A program made the position numbers and the translations under genes. A stretch of 64,000 bases of DNA. It comes from Octopus bimaculoides. Lineage: Eukaryota. Position 1 is the first letter of the stretch; every line of letters begins with the position of its first letter. The notes beneath the pieces are model-generated. The model was not told the origin of the DNA and searched no databases. It was given only the letters and a program-made list of their open reading frames with translations. This document shows positions 34,666 to 46,910 of the stretch, one piece after another. The stretch spans positions 50,721,180 to 50,785,179 of the forward strand of contig NC_068985.1 in assembly GCF_001194135.2 (NCBI RefSeq), given 5' to 3'.

Positions 34666-36130
34666 CACTGGGGAACACGATTTTTGTTGTCCGGTGTTAC
34701 AGAGATGTGTTCCTTGTAATTTTGGGGTACTGATTTCAAAAATGAACTCCATTTTGCTCTATCATGTCAAGAATTTTCTCAAATTCACATCTCTATTTTT
34801 CAGCATTTCCGGTATTGTCACTATTTATACGAATAGATTAGGCTACATCAAATGCAAACCCATATATGGAGCTTGATATAACTTTGAAAACATAGTTTTT
34901 CAATATTCAATATCATTTAAAGTAAATGCAACTACAAAAGTGAAAACAAAAGTCACGATTTAAGTATCTTCAGTAAATAAAATGCATCAAACTTTAACAA
35001 CTTTCACTATTTTCAATCAAACTAGTTTTAAATGTTATGATGTTGACAGAAATGTTCTTTATACAATAAGATGTTAATAAACAACACATTTCCGTGGTCC
35101 TTGATATCATACATGTCTCATATTCGTGAAATTTGTCTGCAGATATGTCCATGTTTGCAGTAATGGTGTGACTGTCATTGCAAACCAGGAGAGACAACCT
35201 GTAACTATTTCTTATGAAAATTAGTATTTTGAATGCGCCCTTAATGTTTTAATTGCGAGATCATATGGGTCAAAATCACTTTTCATCAAGCACGGTCAAA
35301 GAACTTTTGAAAGAACTTTATCGTGTATATGCTCTTCACAGAACTTTGCCATCACAAATCTGCATTTGCTGACTTTATAACTGTTGACAGTTCTGAAAAT
35401 GCTTTCCACAGGTGACAACTGACTTGAGTGTATATTCTGTATTTCAATAATATGGTCTGTTGTGGGAGAAGAAAATTCAGAAGGCAGTCCCGATGTCTAC
35501 TGCTATATTTGTATATGTTACAATTTACCTAAGCAGCGAAACAAAATCATAGATTTTTTGAAGAAAGCTTATCTTACTTTCTTCGGCATGAAATTAACTG
35601 ATCAAGACAAAGCCTGGGCACCCCATATATATATAGTGTGTACAGCATGTATTGAAACACTGAGACAGTGACTCTTTCAAATACTGTTAAACAATAAACA
35701 GTAATATTTGGTTTGTGCTAGTTTATTTCAGTATTGCATAATGGCAAAATTGAATTTTTTTTTTTTTTTTTGGTAAAAAAATATGAATTCCTGTTTAACA
35801 AAAAAACTTGACGTGATAGAAATTTTCTGAAGGCATTTCTGAAGCTAGTACCACCAAATTAGGTAGAAATAATTGTAAAAAGCAAGACAACTGAATTTTT
35901 TTCGAAAATGTTCCCCAATGTTACCAATAAAATGATAAAAGCAACTGACCATCCCTATCACTTACGGACAACAATACAAATGTGCTTATTCAGAGAGTAA
36001 GCTTAGAATAAAAACTTTATGTAATATAAGAAAACTAATCGTAGTTTTGAAATCAGCATGCCAAGTTTTAGATGAAATCAAGTGAAAAAACAAATCCAAC
36101 AGAAATTCTGTTCAGCATTGTTCCCCTGTG
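34666..36130 (+). mobile_element. Chapaev3-like (CMC superfamily) DNA transposon, internally deleted
   Basis: Termini CACTGGGGAACA and TGTTCCCCTGTG. N-terminal remnant PDVYCYIC..KKAYLTFFGMKLTDQDKAWAPH..VCTACIETLRQ at about 35487-35670 matches the Chapaev3 FCYxCG..AY..YFG..GDQDKxWAPH.C..C pattern as I recall it. 3-bp flanks are imperfect (TAG/TTA). Confidence 0.75.
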
Positions 36131-36136
36131 TTATAT

Positions 36137-36700
36137 ACCCTGCCTGGGGTGCGAAAGTTTCTTCCCACGAGAGTTCCGGACCCCAGTTATGAACTCATTT
36201 CCATACAGCCAATCAGAGATTAACTATCAAACTAATTTATGAGCGCATAACAAGTGATGGGCGATAAGATAAGGTCACTTGGGGGTAATGAATGACCATG
36301 CTTTTTTTCTCCTATAATAATGTTTGTTGTTCTTGTTCTTGTGTCAACCATGGCTGCCTCTGCGTAGTTATTTGTGTTGTTGTTTACTTTGTAAGACAGT
36401 AAGGGAAAGAAGGTTGCTAGCACATCACCATCTACCAACATTTTCCCCATTCACATCTTTACCATATGGGGCCTTAACAAAATTCGATAATAGGTATAGA
36501 TGCAGATCTAATTACTTGTCTCCTAAAATCAGGCATAACTTGGCGATCGGTCGACTTACAGCACCGTTCTTCGTCTTGAGTTTACTTGGTAGAGCGTGTT
36601 TGTTAACTTGACGACAAGGTCAAGGTGAGGTCTGATTGGCTGTATGCAAATAAGTTCACTACTGGGGTCCGGAACTCTCGTGGAAAAAAAATCACGCCCG
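36137..36700. mobile_element. MITE-like element with 53-bp inverted repeats
   Basis: 36165-36217 versus the reverse complement of 36631-36683: 49/53 identical by eye. Outer boundaries uncertain. Confidence 0.7.
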
Positions 36701-37594
36701 GGTTGGTGGTGGAGGTCAACTATGCCTAGAGTGATATATCCGAGTTATAAGCAGTCAGGAGCTAGTTCATTTACGGTGCGTACCTCTGAATAGATATATG
36801 CAGATTTTCACGGAAGCAGAGTTGCCAATTACGATCTTCAAGTGAGTAAGGATACCCCATTTGATGTTGAGAAGTAATGTCAATAGTCATTTCGATAGTC
36901 CAGATGAAGCAGGGCAGGGAGAGAAGTTTTCTTTATATCTACAGCTGAGTCATATGTTGTGTATTTCTTCCTTTAAAATTATTGGTTGAGCTAAAGTTTA
37001 ATGATAGGATATAGTGTGAGGATATAGGATAGTGTGAGGGTATTTCTAATACCATAGGATGGTGTGAGATTACTCACTCATAGAGTGAGTTTTTGAAAGG
37101 TAGGACCCTTCCGGTGGACAGATGATAGGATTTCATCAATTATACGTTGTAGTGTGGACTGGAAGTAGTGTAAATGTGCGTTTGCCTCTATTGTAACGTG
37201 AGGTATGCCCTGCATCCTGCTGATTTTCTTCTCTGCAACACGTGGGCTACAAAATGAGTAAATAATTGATGTTCATAACATTACAACCGCGTGACCACAG
37301 CCGATCAATATAGGCTTAAACACCTTGAATCCATTGTTTTAATTTCTTACAAAGCTTCTACTCTGTCTCCGAACATCTGACGAGATCGACGAGTTCTACA
37401 TGTTCACGAACCATTAAGAAATCTTGGGTTGAGTGAAGCTGTTATTAGATACTCCAATCAAATGTGTTGAGCGCAACTTTTTTCATTTATTCATACATTC
37501 ATCCACGCGCGCGCACGCGCACACACACACACATACACACACGCACACTCTCACACACACACACACACACACACACACATCACACACACACACA

Positions 37595-37631
<37 letters not shown>

Positions 37632-38029
37632 CCTTTCCTCGCAAGTGAGAATGACTTGGAAATATGTGCGATGTTTTCGATAAGTATTTTGTGGAAGTGT
37701 ATATTCTAGTAGACATAGATACCTTCTCGGCCCTCTCACTCTTAACGCGCTGGGACATTCAAGATTTTATCGTTGGTATAAGAAAGACCTACATCAGCAT
37801 TATGCTGGCACTTATTTGTCTGCTGAGTGGACTGGATCAACGTGAAATGATGGGCTTTGCTCAAGTATAAAATGCACTGCCCAATTCCGTAACCGAAACC
37901 ACAATCTTTCTCACACATGATGCATATATTCAAATAAATACTCGCAAACATATATACACATGTGTGCGTGAGTGTGTTCGTGTGAGTATGTATGTTTTAA
38001 CACTTGGAAAAGGGTATTTTACATTCTCC

Positions 38030-38177
38030 CTATTCCCCTTCTCTCTCTTCCCCTCTCGCTCTTTCTCTCTCCCTCTTTCTCTCATCCTTCCCCTCTCTCT
38101 CTCTCTTGGTCTCTCTCTCTTTCTCTCTCATATCCTTCCCCTCTCTCTCTCTTGGTCTCTTTCTCTCTCTCTCTCTC
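38030..38177. repeat. CT-rich minisatellite (unit about 45 bp) running into a gap
   Basis: ATCCTTCCCCTCTCTCTCTCT(CT)TGGTCTCT recurs. Confidence 0.75.
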
Positions 38178-40595
38178 NNNNNNNNNNNNNNNNNNNNNNN
38201 NNNNNNNNNNNNNNNNNNNNNNNNNNNNNNNNNNNNNNNNNNNNNNNNNNNNNNNNNNNNNNNNNNNNNNNNNNNNNNNNNNNNNNNNNNNNNNNNNNNN
38301 NNNNNNNNNNNNNNNNNNNNNNNNNNNNNNNNNNNNNNNNNNNNNNNNNNNNNNNNNNNNNNNNNNNNNNNNNNNNNNNNNNNNNNNNNNNNNNNNNNNN
38401 NNNNNNNNNNNNNNNNNNNNNNNNNNNNNNNNNNNNNNNNNNNNNNNNNNNNNNNNNNNNNNNNNNNNNNNNNNNNNNNNNNNNNNNNNNNNNNNNNNNN
38501 NNNNNNNNNNNNNNNNNNNNNNNNNNNNNNNNNNNNNNNNNNNNNNNNNNNNNNNNNNNNNNNNNNNNNNNNNNNNNNNNNNNNNNNNNNNNNNNNNNNN
38601 NNNNNNNNNNNNNNNNNNNNNNNNNNNNNNNNNNNNNNNNNNNNNNNNNNNNNNNNNNNNNNNNNNNNNNNNNNNNNNNNNNNNNNNNNNNNNNNNNNNN
38701 NNNNNNNNNNNNNNNNNNNNNNNNNNNNNNNNNNNNNNNNNNNNNNNNNNNNNNNNNNNNNNNNNNNNNNNNNNNNNNNNNNNNNNNNNNNNNNNNNNNN
38801 NNNNNNNNNNNNNNNNNNNNNNNNNNNNNNNNNNNNNNNNNNNNNNNNNNNNNNNNNNNNNNNNNNNNNNNNNNNNNNNNNNNNNNNNNNNNNNNNNNNN
38901 NNNNNNNNNNNNNNNNNNNNNNNNNNNNNNNNNNNNNNNNNNNNNNNNNNNNNNNNNNNNNNNNNNNNNNNNNNNNNNNNNNNNNNNNNNNNNNNNNNNN
39001 NNNNNNNNNNNNNNNNNNNNNNNNNNNNNNNNNNNNNNNNNNNNNNNNNNNNNNNNNNNNNNNNNNNNNNNNNNNNNNNNNNNNNNNNNNNNNNNNNNNN
39101 NNNNNNNNNNNNNNNNNNNNNNNNNNNNNNNNNNNNNNNNNNNNNNNNNNNNNNNNNNNNNNNNNNNNNNNNNNNNNTGTGTGTGTGTGTGTGTGTGTGT
39201 GTGTTTTATCCTTATCTCGTTTGTTGTCAGTGATTTCTGAGAGGCGCAATGACTGAATCGATAAAGTATCTGTCTTTTCGTCTGTGTGTCGTGTGTCATT
39301 ATATTTTATTGCGTTGCTAGCAATGGCAAGACACTTAATCGTACTTGCTTAAGGATTCATGTCTAATAAAGAATTTATTATTCATATTCGATGAATATTT
39401 ATGCTGTCACTCTCCATCTCCATTTATGAAAGTTTTGTACGTACACTAACATTCATACAGACTCAAAGATACATACGTATCTACACGAGAGCACACAAGT
39501 GCGTGTACATTTATTCGATTAAAATTCACGATGCAATTTTTTTTTTCTGGATAGGGGGAATAGAAAATGTCTGTGTATATACATATATACACATGCATAC
39601 ATACATACATACATACATACATACATACATACANNNNNNNNNNATGTATACACACACACACACACGTATATAAGTATATCTGCATGTGCGTTTGTGTACT
39701 CGTGGATGCAAAGGTGTAACGAAGTTCGAAAGTTAGGGAGAGCGAGCACATAAAAAAGGCGCCGTGACACTTACCAAACAATTTTAACTCATTTCTCTCA
39801 TACGCGAAATATTTCATTAGTTATAATATACATATTTGTATTCTACGTTCATTAATTTCAGGTAAAGTCGATGAAACTCTACGGGATCGTTCAGTGTCGA
39901 GAGATTATGATATCAGGGTTTACCTTGGTTCTTCAGATGTCAGCAGTTAGCAACAGGAGATTGAGCACACAGTTCAAAAGCACGAGAGGTTGGTCAAATA
40001 AAGTCATAACTCCAGAAAGCTTTTCCAATGCTATGCGATTTCCCACCCGCCAAAAAAAGACATTCGACTTTTATCGCACAAGTGAAAACAATTTGTCGCT
40101 CCCCTCCCACTGCATGTGTTTGTTCGCGCTTATTTGGACTAATGTTTCGAACGTCCATTTAACTATTTTTATGTTGACCAGCTCATAATCTCTCACACAA
40201 CATTTTCACGTCTTTTAAGTATTGTGGACGTCATCGAAAACTTAACCACCTGTGAGGATAAATTGAAGTGTTACCGTATTAGTAAACGTACGAATGATGA
40301 TTGGAATAACATTCGTAAATGAAAACGAATTCCGTATTTCTTTTGTTTGTCTTTGGGTCAGATACGATCGAACAAATCTCTGGTCAAAAACTTTCCAATC
40401 GTCACCATCCTGCCCATACTGTATTTTTAAAACGCTAGTGTATGACTTGGAGTGAATTCGGCAGCTATTTGTAGGAAGTCGAGCAACGATATTGAAGCTC
40501 CTTCTTGACTTGTATCGATGTGGCAACGAGTGGCGTTAAAGTTGAGAAATATAGTGTGTATCGTGTAGTTCAATTTATTTATCATTTGTCATTAA

Positions 40596-43370
40596 GTCAG
40601 GTCAGATATGGGGGCATGCGCCGTTGCAGCGCGTCACTGCATCCACCATTTGTCGTTTTTTGCTACGGTCGTCTCGGGCAACCCTCCAATTAGTATCCCA
40701 ATCAGGTCCAATCTCTGCGAGATACCTACTCATCCACCATGACCATGTAGCATGTGACCAACCAATACGAGCCGTCATCCCAACCGGATCCTCAGAGAAG
40801 AGAACACATCGTTGATGGATACAAAATCGAAGCAATGGTAACTCATATTCTTGTGAAGCATTCTAGTACCAAAGAAGTTTAGATGGCTCTTAAGGGCCCT
40901 GGACAGTGTCCAAGCCTCGCAACTTTAGAACAAGACAGAGAGGATCAGAGACCCGAATATCTGAGCCGTAATCTTCCTGCACAGAGATCGGCAACGCCAA
41001 ACACTCCTGTCTAGTGAGTCCACAACTGCAACAGCACGTCTAAGTCTTTTTAAGACTTCTAACTCGGAGTTAATGTTGCTATGGATCACACAGCCGAGAT
41101 AAATGAAGTGGTCAATAACTTCGACATTTTCACTCGCAAAAAAAAAACGGACGAGATGGAGTTTCCTAGGAAACTAACAAAAGACTGGATCTTTCTCTTG
41201 ACCCAAGAAACTCTAATGCCAAGTGGTTTTGCTTCCTCAATTAGTAAAAGGAGAGCACTCCTTAAGATATCCAGCGGCTCAGTAAGAATAACCGCATCAG
41301 CAACAAAATCCAGATCAGTAGTCCTAGTTTGACTAATGATTACACCACTGCTTGATTGACCCACCATCCAACCAAGTATCCAGTCTAAGCAGACATTGAA
41401 CGGAGTCGGAACCAAGACAAAAACCTAACAGATCCCTGTTCTAATTGAGAAAATGCCAGATGTTGAATCCGCAAACCGAATTGCGCTAACTGTTCCTGTA
41501 CAAAGGCCATTATCTGTCCTCCTGTGCTCATCGCTGTTCACCGAAGTAAACGTCTTGTGTAAATCGACGTAAGCTGCAAGCAGCTCCAGCCGAAATCTCC
41601 GTCTGCATTCTATGAATATTCGGAGAACTAGGATCTTTTCAGTGGTTGACCTCTTTGATGTGAACACTGACTTCTAAGAAGCAAGCTGATGATTTTAAAT
41701 TCTATTTAGAATAACCTTAGCAAAGATCTTAGTAGACCCTGTAGGTGTTGCAATCGTGGTTACCGTTACCTTTCCAGAAAGAGATTAATTATGTCCGTCT
41801 TCCAATCGGGCGATATGGTGCTACTGCTCCAAATTGAGATGAACTGCTACAAGAACAAGACTGCAGCCGGTCCGCCTTTCTTGATAATCTTCCTTTGGAT
41901 ACAACAGACACCAGCTATTTTCTTGCCTTTCAGTTGATTTACTACCGTACGAATCTTGCCTACGGACGGTGAATCACAGCTGACTGGCTGGTCGGTCACC
42001 AGTGCTAAAAACCTTGTTTTTCAGAACAAAGCGAGGTCCACCTAATGCAACTTTTCAAAATACGATGCCCAGCAATCTACCATATTGGAATCCTCCGTCA
42101 GGAGCGCTCCATCAGTGTCTAAGGCTTTGCCACCTAAGCATAGCGATTCTTCTTGAAGCAGTACGTGAGTCAGAAATGTGAAGCCGACTCTCGACCGCTT
42201 CATAGATCCTCAACCCTGCTTTTCTTTGTCAGATCTCAGTTCTATGATTACTCCACGTCTCAATCCCCGAATCAAATTACCAGGGGTTCCATATAGCCTC
42301 GCCCTGCGGTTGCACTCCACAAATGCGAAGGTCTCCCTGGAAAGGAAGTTGTTTCCTGACCCATTTCTAGAATCTGATACGTCCCCTAGCAGTCAACAGC
42401 AGTACGTCCTTGTAAGTTTCCATATTCCCACAGGTACTGTCAAAGAACCAGCCCCATGAAGCACAGCACAAAACTGCTGCAAATAAGTCCTGGTCACACT
42501 GTTCTCTTTGAATCTCCCGATATCCAATCTGGGACTGGCTGCCTTCAGCCTCTTAGACTTCAGTTGCAATTACAGCTCAGTTACAAGCCTGTAGCCAGTA
42601 CCAATAAGCTAGCACTCCGAAAAGCCTAACAGTTCTGTAGGACTCTCCAACGGTCATCCACAAGTACATGGTCGATCAGTATTGGAATACCAAGTCCGGT
42701 GATGCAGCTTAGGACGTTGGTACTAGGATCTAGCAATGCAAAGTCCGCGGCTTTTGGCAAAGTCCATGAGCATGACACCCCAAAAGAACGGACAACGCTC
42801 TCATATGCCGTTCTGCAAAACCCAAAAGATGTGCTAAAATCTCTCATGAACAAGGACGGGTGTCTCTGTTGGGGATACTATCATGACAAAGCACAGCTGG
42901 GCGTAAGATGCTTCCCTCACTGCCCCGTCAACCACAACAAAGAGAGCATACACTGCAACCAAGAAAGTAACACCCAGAGAATGTCGAATCCTCAGTTACA
43001 TAATATGCTCATTGACAAGTGTTATATCTGATACCATTGGAACCAGCCAGTCGGCCATTACAACTGCTATCCCAACGGCATGCCAGACCAGCATTAGATG
43101 TAACCACTAGTTGAAATTTAGCTTCTCCATAACCGACGCACCTCCGATGGGGCTACCAAAGCGACTCGCAAAGACGTTAGGAGCAGATGGGAGAATATTT
43201 TAGGTCCCCACCCGAACAAGCCTCCTCAGATTTAACCGAGATTCCCTGCTCCTGGCCGATGACACCTTTGCACCACTCAAGCGACAACCCTTCGACCCAA
43301 CCCGTCCTCTTGGATTTTCCTCATTTGGCAAAGCGGAGAACTGGCGGATTTGCCCCAACCGTTTCATACG
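40596..43370 (-). mobile_element. RTE-clade LINE, near full length but heavily decayed (AP endonuclease + RT)
   Basis: Minus-strand pieces: IDHVLVDDRWRVLQNC (endonuclease, about 42661-42678), FTSKRSTTEKILVLR..AYVDLHKTF, PTPFNVCLDWILG..DLDFVADAVI..PLGIRVSW, VDAVTRCNGACP; short (CTGAC) tail at 40596-40605. The 5' boundary is approximate. Confidence 0.85.
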
Positions 43371-43624
43371 ACGTATCTTATAGGCAATCGAGATACTTCC
43401 TCGAAAGAGAGAATTTGATGTTTGGTTGGTCGTTGCTGGTGAGGGCTTTACAAGGATAGAATGCAAATCTTACCTCGACTTCTTTTAGTCGATTTTTACG
43501 ACACGCAGAGGAAACATTAGGTCTATTCTTTTGCAAGCCGGTCTCCACATAATCATTCGATTGATCTTTATTAATTATTATACATATTCAAATGTTATTT
43601 GTTGCTTTTATGCTAATTTGTTTC

Positions 43625-44010
43625 GGTGGAGGCGCAATGGCCCAGTGGTTAGGGCAGCGGACTCGCGGTCATAGGATCGCGGTTTCGATTCCCAGACCGG
43701 GCGTTGTGAGTGTTTATTGAGCAAAAACACCTAAAGCTCCACGAGGCTCCGGCAAGGGATGGTGGCGAACCCTGCTGTACTCTTTCACCACAACCTTCTC
43801 TCACTCTTACTGCCTGTTTCTGTTGTGCCTGTAATTCAAAGGGTCAGCCTTGTCACACTGTGTCACGCTGAATATCCCCGAGAACTACGTTAAGGGTACA
43901 CGTGTCTGTGGAGTGCTCAGCCACTTGCACGTTAATTTCACGAGCAGGCTGTTCCGTTGATCGGATCAACTGGAACCCTCGACGTCGTAAGCGACGTAGT
44001 GCCAACAACA
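43625..44010 (+). mobile_element. tRNA-derived SINE, family B, full length
   Basis: 13-bp TSD GCTAATTTGTTTC at 43612-43624 and 44011-44023. Confidence 0.95.
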
Positions 44011-44109
44011 GCTAATTTGTTTCATTAAAGTGATTGGAATACTAACATGCTAATTATTTGTATATGATGGTGAGAATTCTGATTTCTTTAAAGTCGCTTT
44101 GAATATGGA

Positions 44110-44310
44110 GTTTACTTGTTTAGATTCAGGTCAAGCTGATCGAGCAGGTCTATGATCAAAGGAATTTCAGTCGTAACAGCCCAGTCCCTTTCTGTGTATC
44201 TACAAATAAATTATCCTATGTTTCCTTCCTTTTCCTGGGCAATAAGGTGTGATGCATGTGTGATTTTAGCAGCTATTTCTAGCAGACTGAGAGATCACGC
44301 AGAGGTGCCC
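44110..44310 (+). repeat. Old dispersed repeat family E
   Basis: TTGTTTAGATTCAGGTCAAGCTGATCGAGCAGGTCTATGATCAAAGG...GCAGCTATTTCTAGCAG; the best-preserved copy. Confidence 0.7.
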
Positions 44311-46479
44311 TTGTTTGTTTGAAGTGGTTTTGGAGGGGTTTTTTTTTAATTTCTTCTCATATTTATGGTAATAAAAAGTGAATTAGATAATGTCTTTTCC
44401 TCCTTTATAATAAAGTATTTGATGCTCCTATATTAAACGTTAACCCTAACTAAACTGTGCTGATAACGTATATAAGAAACTAATCTTAGTGGTGTCTGTT
44501 TGTTTGTTGTTTTTTTTGTTTTTTTTTATATGCTATACACTTTAGTTTAATGGAAATCACTGAAAGACCAACATAAAGACTCTTCCACCAAGCGAATCGC
44601 TAGGCATTCAATAATCTCAAGGCTTATGAGCTAATTGATTTCTTTGAATATTTATCATGGATAACTATATTACTTGTGTTGTTTTTGTTGATGTTGTTGT
44701 TGTTGTTGTTGTTGCTGTTGTTCTTCTTCTCCTTCTCCGTCTCCTTCTTCTCCTTCTCCTTCTTCTCCTTCTTCTTCTCCTTCTGCTTCTTCTTCTGTCG
44801 GGCATGATCAAGCAAACCCAAATGAAAGCCACTGCGACCGTAACTACCCCTGTTCTGGTATGGCATACTCAGTATCACATTTTCCACTGTATCCTTTTCT
44901 TTTCTGTTTTTTTTTTATCTTGGACAATTGCGTGATTTGAAGATCTGGCTGTTTTTTTTTTTTGTTTTTTTTTGTAGAGGTTTCTTTGGTTTTCATGGAG
45001 CTGATATGAACTTCATGAAAATATTACGTTATAGGGAACAGCTTTAGTTTTATCAACTTTTATATAGTGTTCATGCTCGAAGTAGTTTTTGTCTAGGCCC
45101 TACATTTTCGTTTGATGTGTTTATTACTGAAATTGACTTGAAAACAAAGTTATAGAAATGTTATAATTGAAATGATAACAGGAAATAAAGTTGGCGACTC
45201 TCTATCTTGTAAATCTTTCACAAAACTCAAATACATGAGATTGTTGACCGTGTGTACCAGATTCATCATTAATTGACGGAAAGAACTCAAGTAGAATAGT
45301 ACGCCAGATGAGTGACACAGAATTTTAGTGTGAACAAAAGAAAATTAATAGACACCTATTAAACTCTTCGAAAGGCGAATGAGACCTCAAGAATAGATGG
45401 TCATTTTATATAAGGACCAAAGACACATTCATCAACCTCTATGACATATATGATGCATAAAAGTACCAGACTTGTCAATGTACACTCTTAGAAAAACAAA
45501 AACACAAGGAAACAAATAGCTACACATTGTCTACAAAAGAAGTAGCAAACGTCCAATAAGTGAACCAACGAAAAAGACCTCTCCATTGCTGTCACCTGCA
45601 AGAAATAGTGGCCAGATCATCTACAAATCACTTCATACTGTTTTAAAAGGAAGAATCATTGAAAAATATTGCCTGAAAAAGAAACGAAAACAAAAATCAG
45701 AATTCAATCTATTTGATCAATGCTGATCTGCGGCTAAACAACAACATTAGACAAAAAAAAAATAAACATGTAATAAATTTAATATAAAGAGAAATACTAA
45801 CAAAAAGTAGCGAACTGGAAAATAAAAATCTTCGAAGTTTTACATATGGACAACAAAGGAGCCTCGATACATTGTGAATAGAATTAGCAGTCAAATTTTC
45901 GAAATTCATCTTTAAAATGGGAAATATATTGTATAAAAAATACTGTTAAACACGGCAATATGTTCGGCAGACTGAAGGTAAATGATGCCATTTGTTGATG
46001 ATTACCAATGCCTCCACGCCCAATACTTACCTAAGAAATATCCAGTTTCAACAAATGCTATCGAAGCTACATTTGTTACAAAGTTGGAGCAAACACAGTA
46101 TGGACATTTAAAAGAAATATTTTCAGATAGACATAATCGAGTAGATGGATACCAACACAAGCAATATTTCAAATATTTTTGTAATGACTATCGTAGAAAA
46201 TTTGCTTAAATATAAATTCGAAGAAGTTACCAGAAGAATACTGAAGGCGATGTAACACATGGAATGTATTAATTAACAGGGAATAATAGCTGTACATGAT
46301 TCTAAAAACAAAAGATAATTCTACGTAGAGAAACGTATCTATTAAAGAATCTTTTGAAATAAAACAGTAATCGCAGGAGAAGTATGGAAAGCTACATATG
46401 TAGCCTCAGTCATAACAGTTGCAGCAGCAACACCAATCGTAAGTGTTTCCGACATAGACATGAGGTCCTAACTTTTGGG

Positions 46480-46570
46480 TAGCTTATTGAAAAACAAAGT
46501 TGGCATCGCCAGGATTTGAATCAGAACACAAAAATTCGAAACAAATGCCGCAAGGCATTTTTCTCGACAC
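46480..46570 (-). mobile_element. SINE family A, very diverged fragment
   Basis: AAAGTTGGCATCGCCAGGATTTGAATCAGAAC..AAATGCCGCAAGGCATTT resembles the reverse of the family A head. Confidence 0.5.
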
Positions 46571-46845
46571 CAAGTGTGGCAATTTAACACCCTTAATAAC
46601 TGCTTCTAATTTAAGCTCAAGACCCGTGATTCCCAACGTGGAATTATTACCATGTCCCACCGGTGGAGCATGGTAATATTTTGGTGAGGTATGCGTAGAG
46701 TTATGTTGAATTTATTATACCTTTTGTGCACAGGTCGTTTTCATCTTTTTCATAAGATCTGATGTCACTAAAGAGGGAATAGATTATTTCCTTCGATTTA
46801 GTGGTATGTGAAAACATGTAGGTAATTACAAACGCGTACGTACGT

Positions 46846-46910
<65 letters not shown>

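Noticed and set aside
39860-40260. Unique-looking segment with splice-like signals
   Set aside because: All frames are interrupted and there is no recognisable domain.
45240-46210. Coding-like A-rich stretch, including ORF 45982-46209
   Set aside because: No motif I can assign; possibly a very old TE relic.
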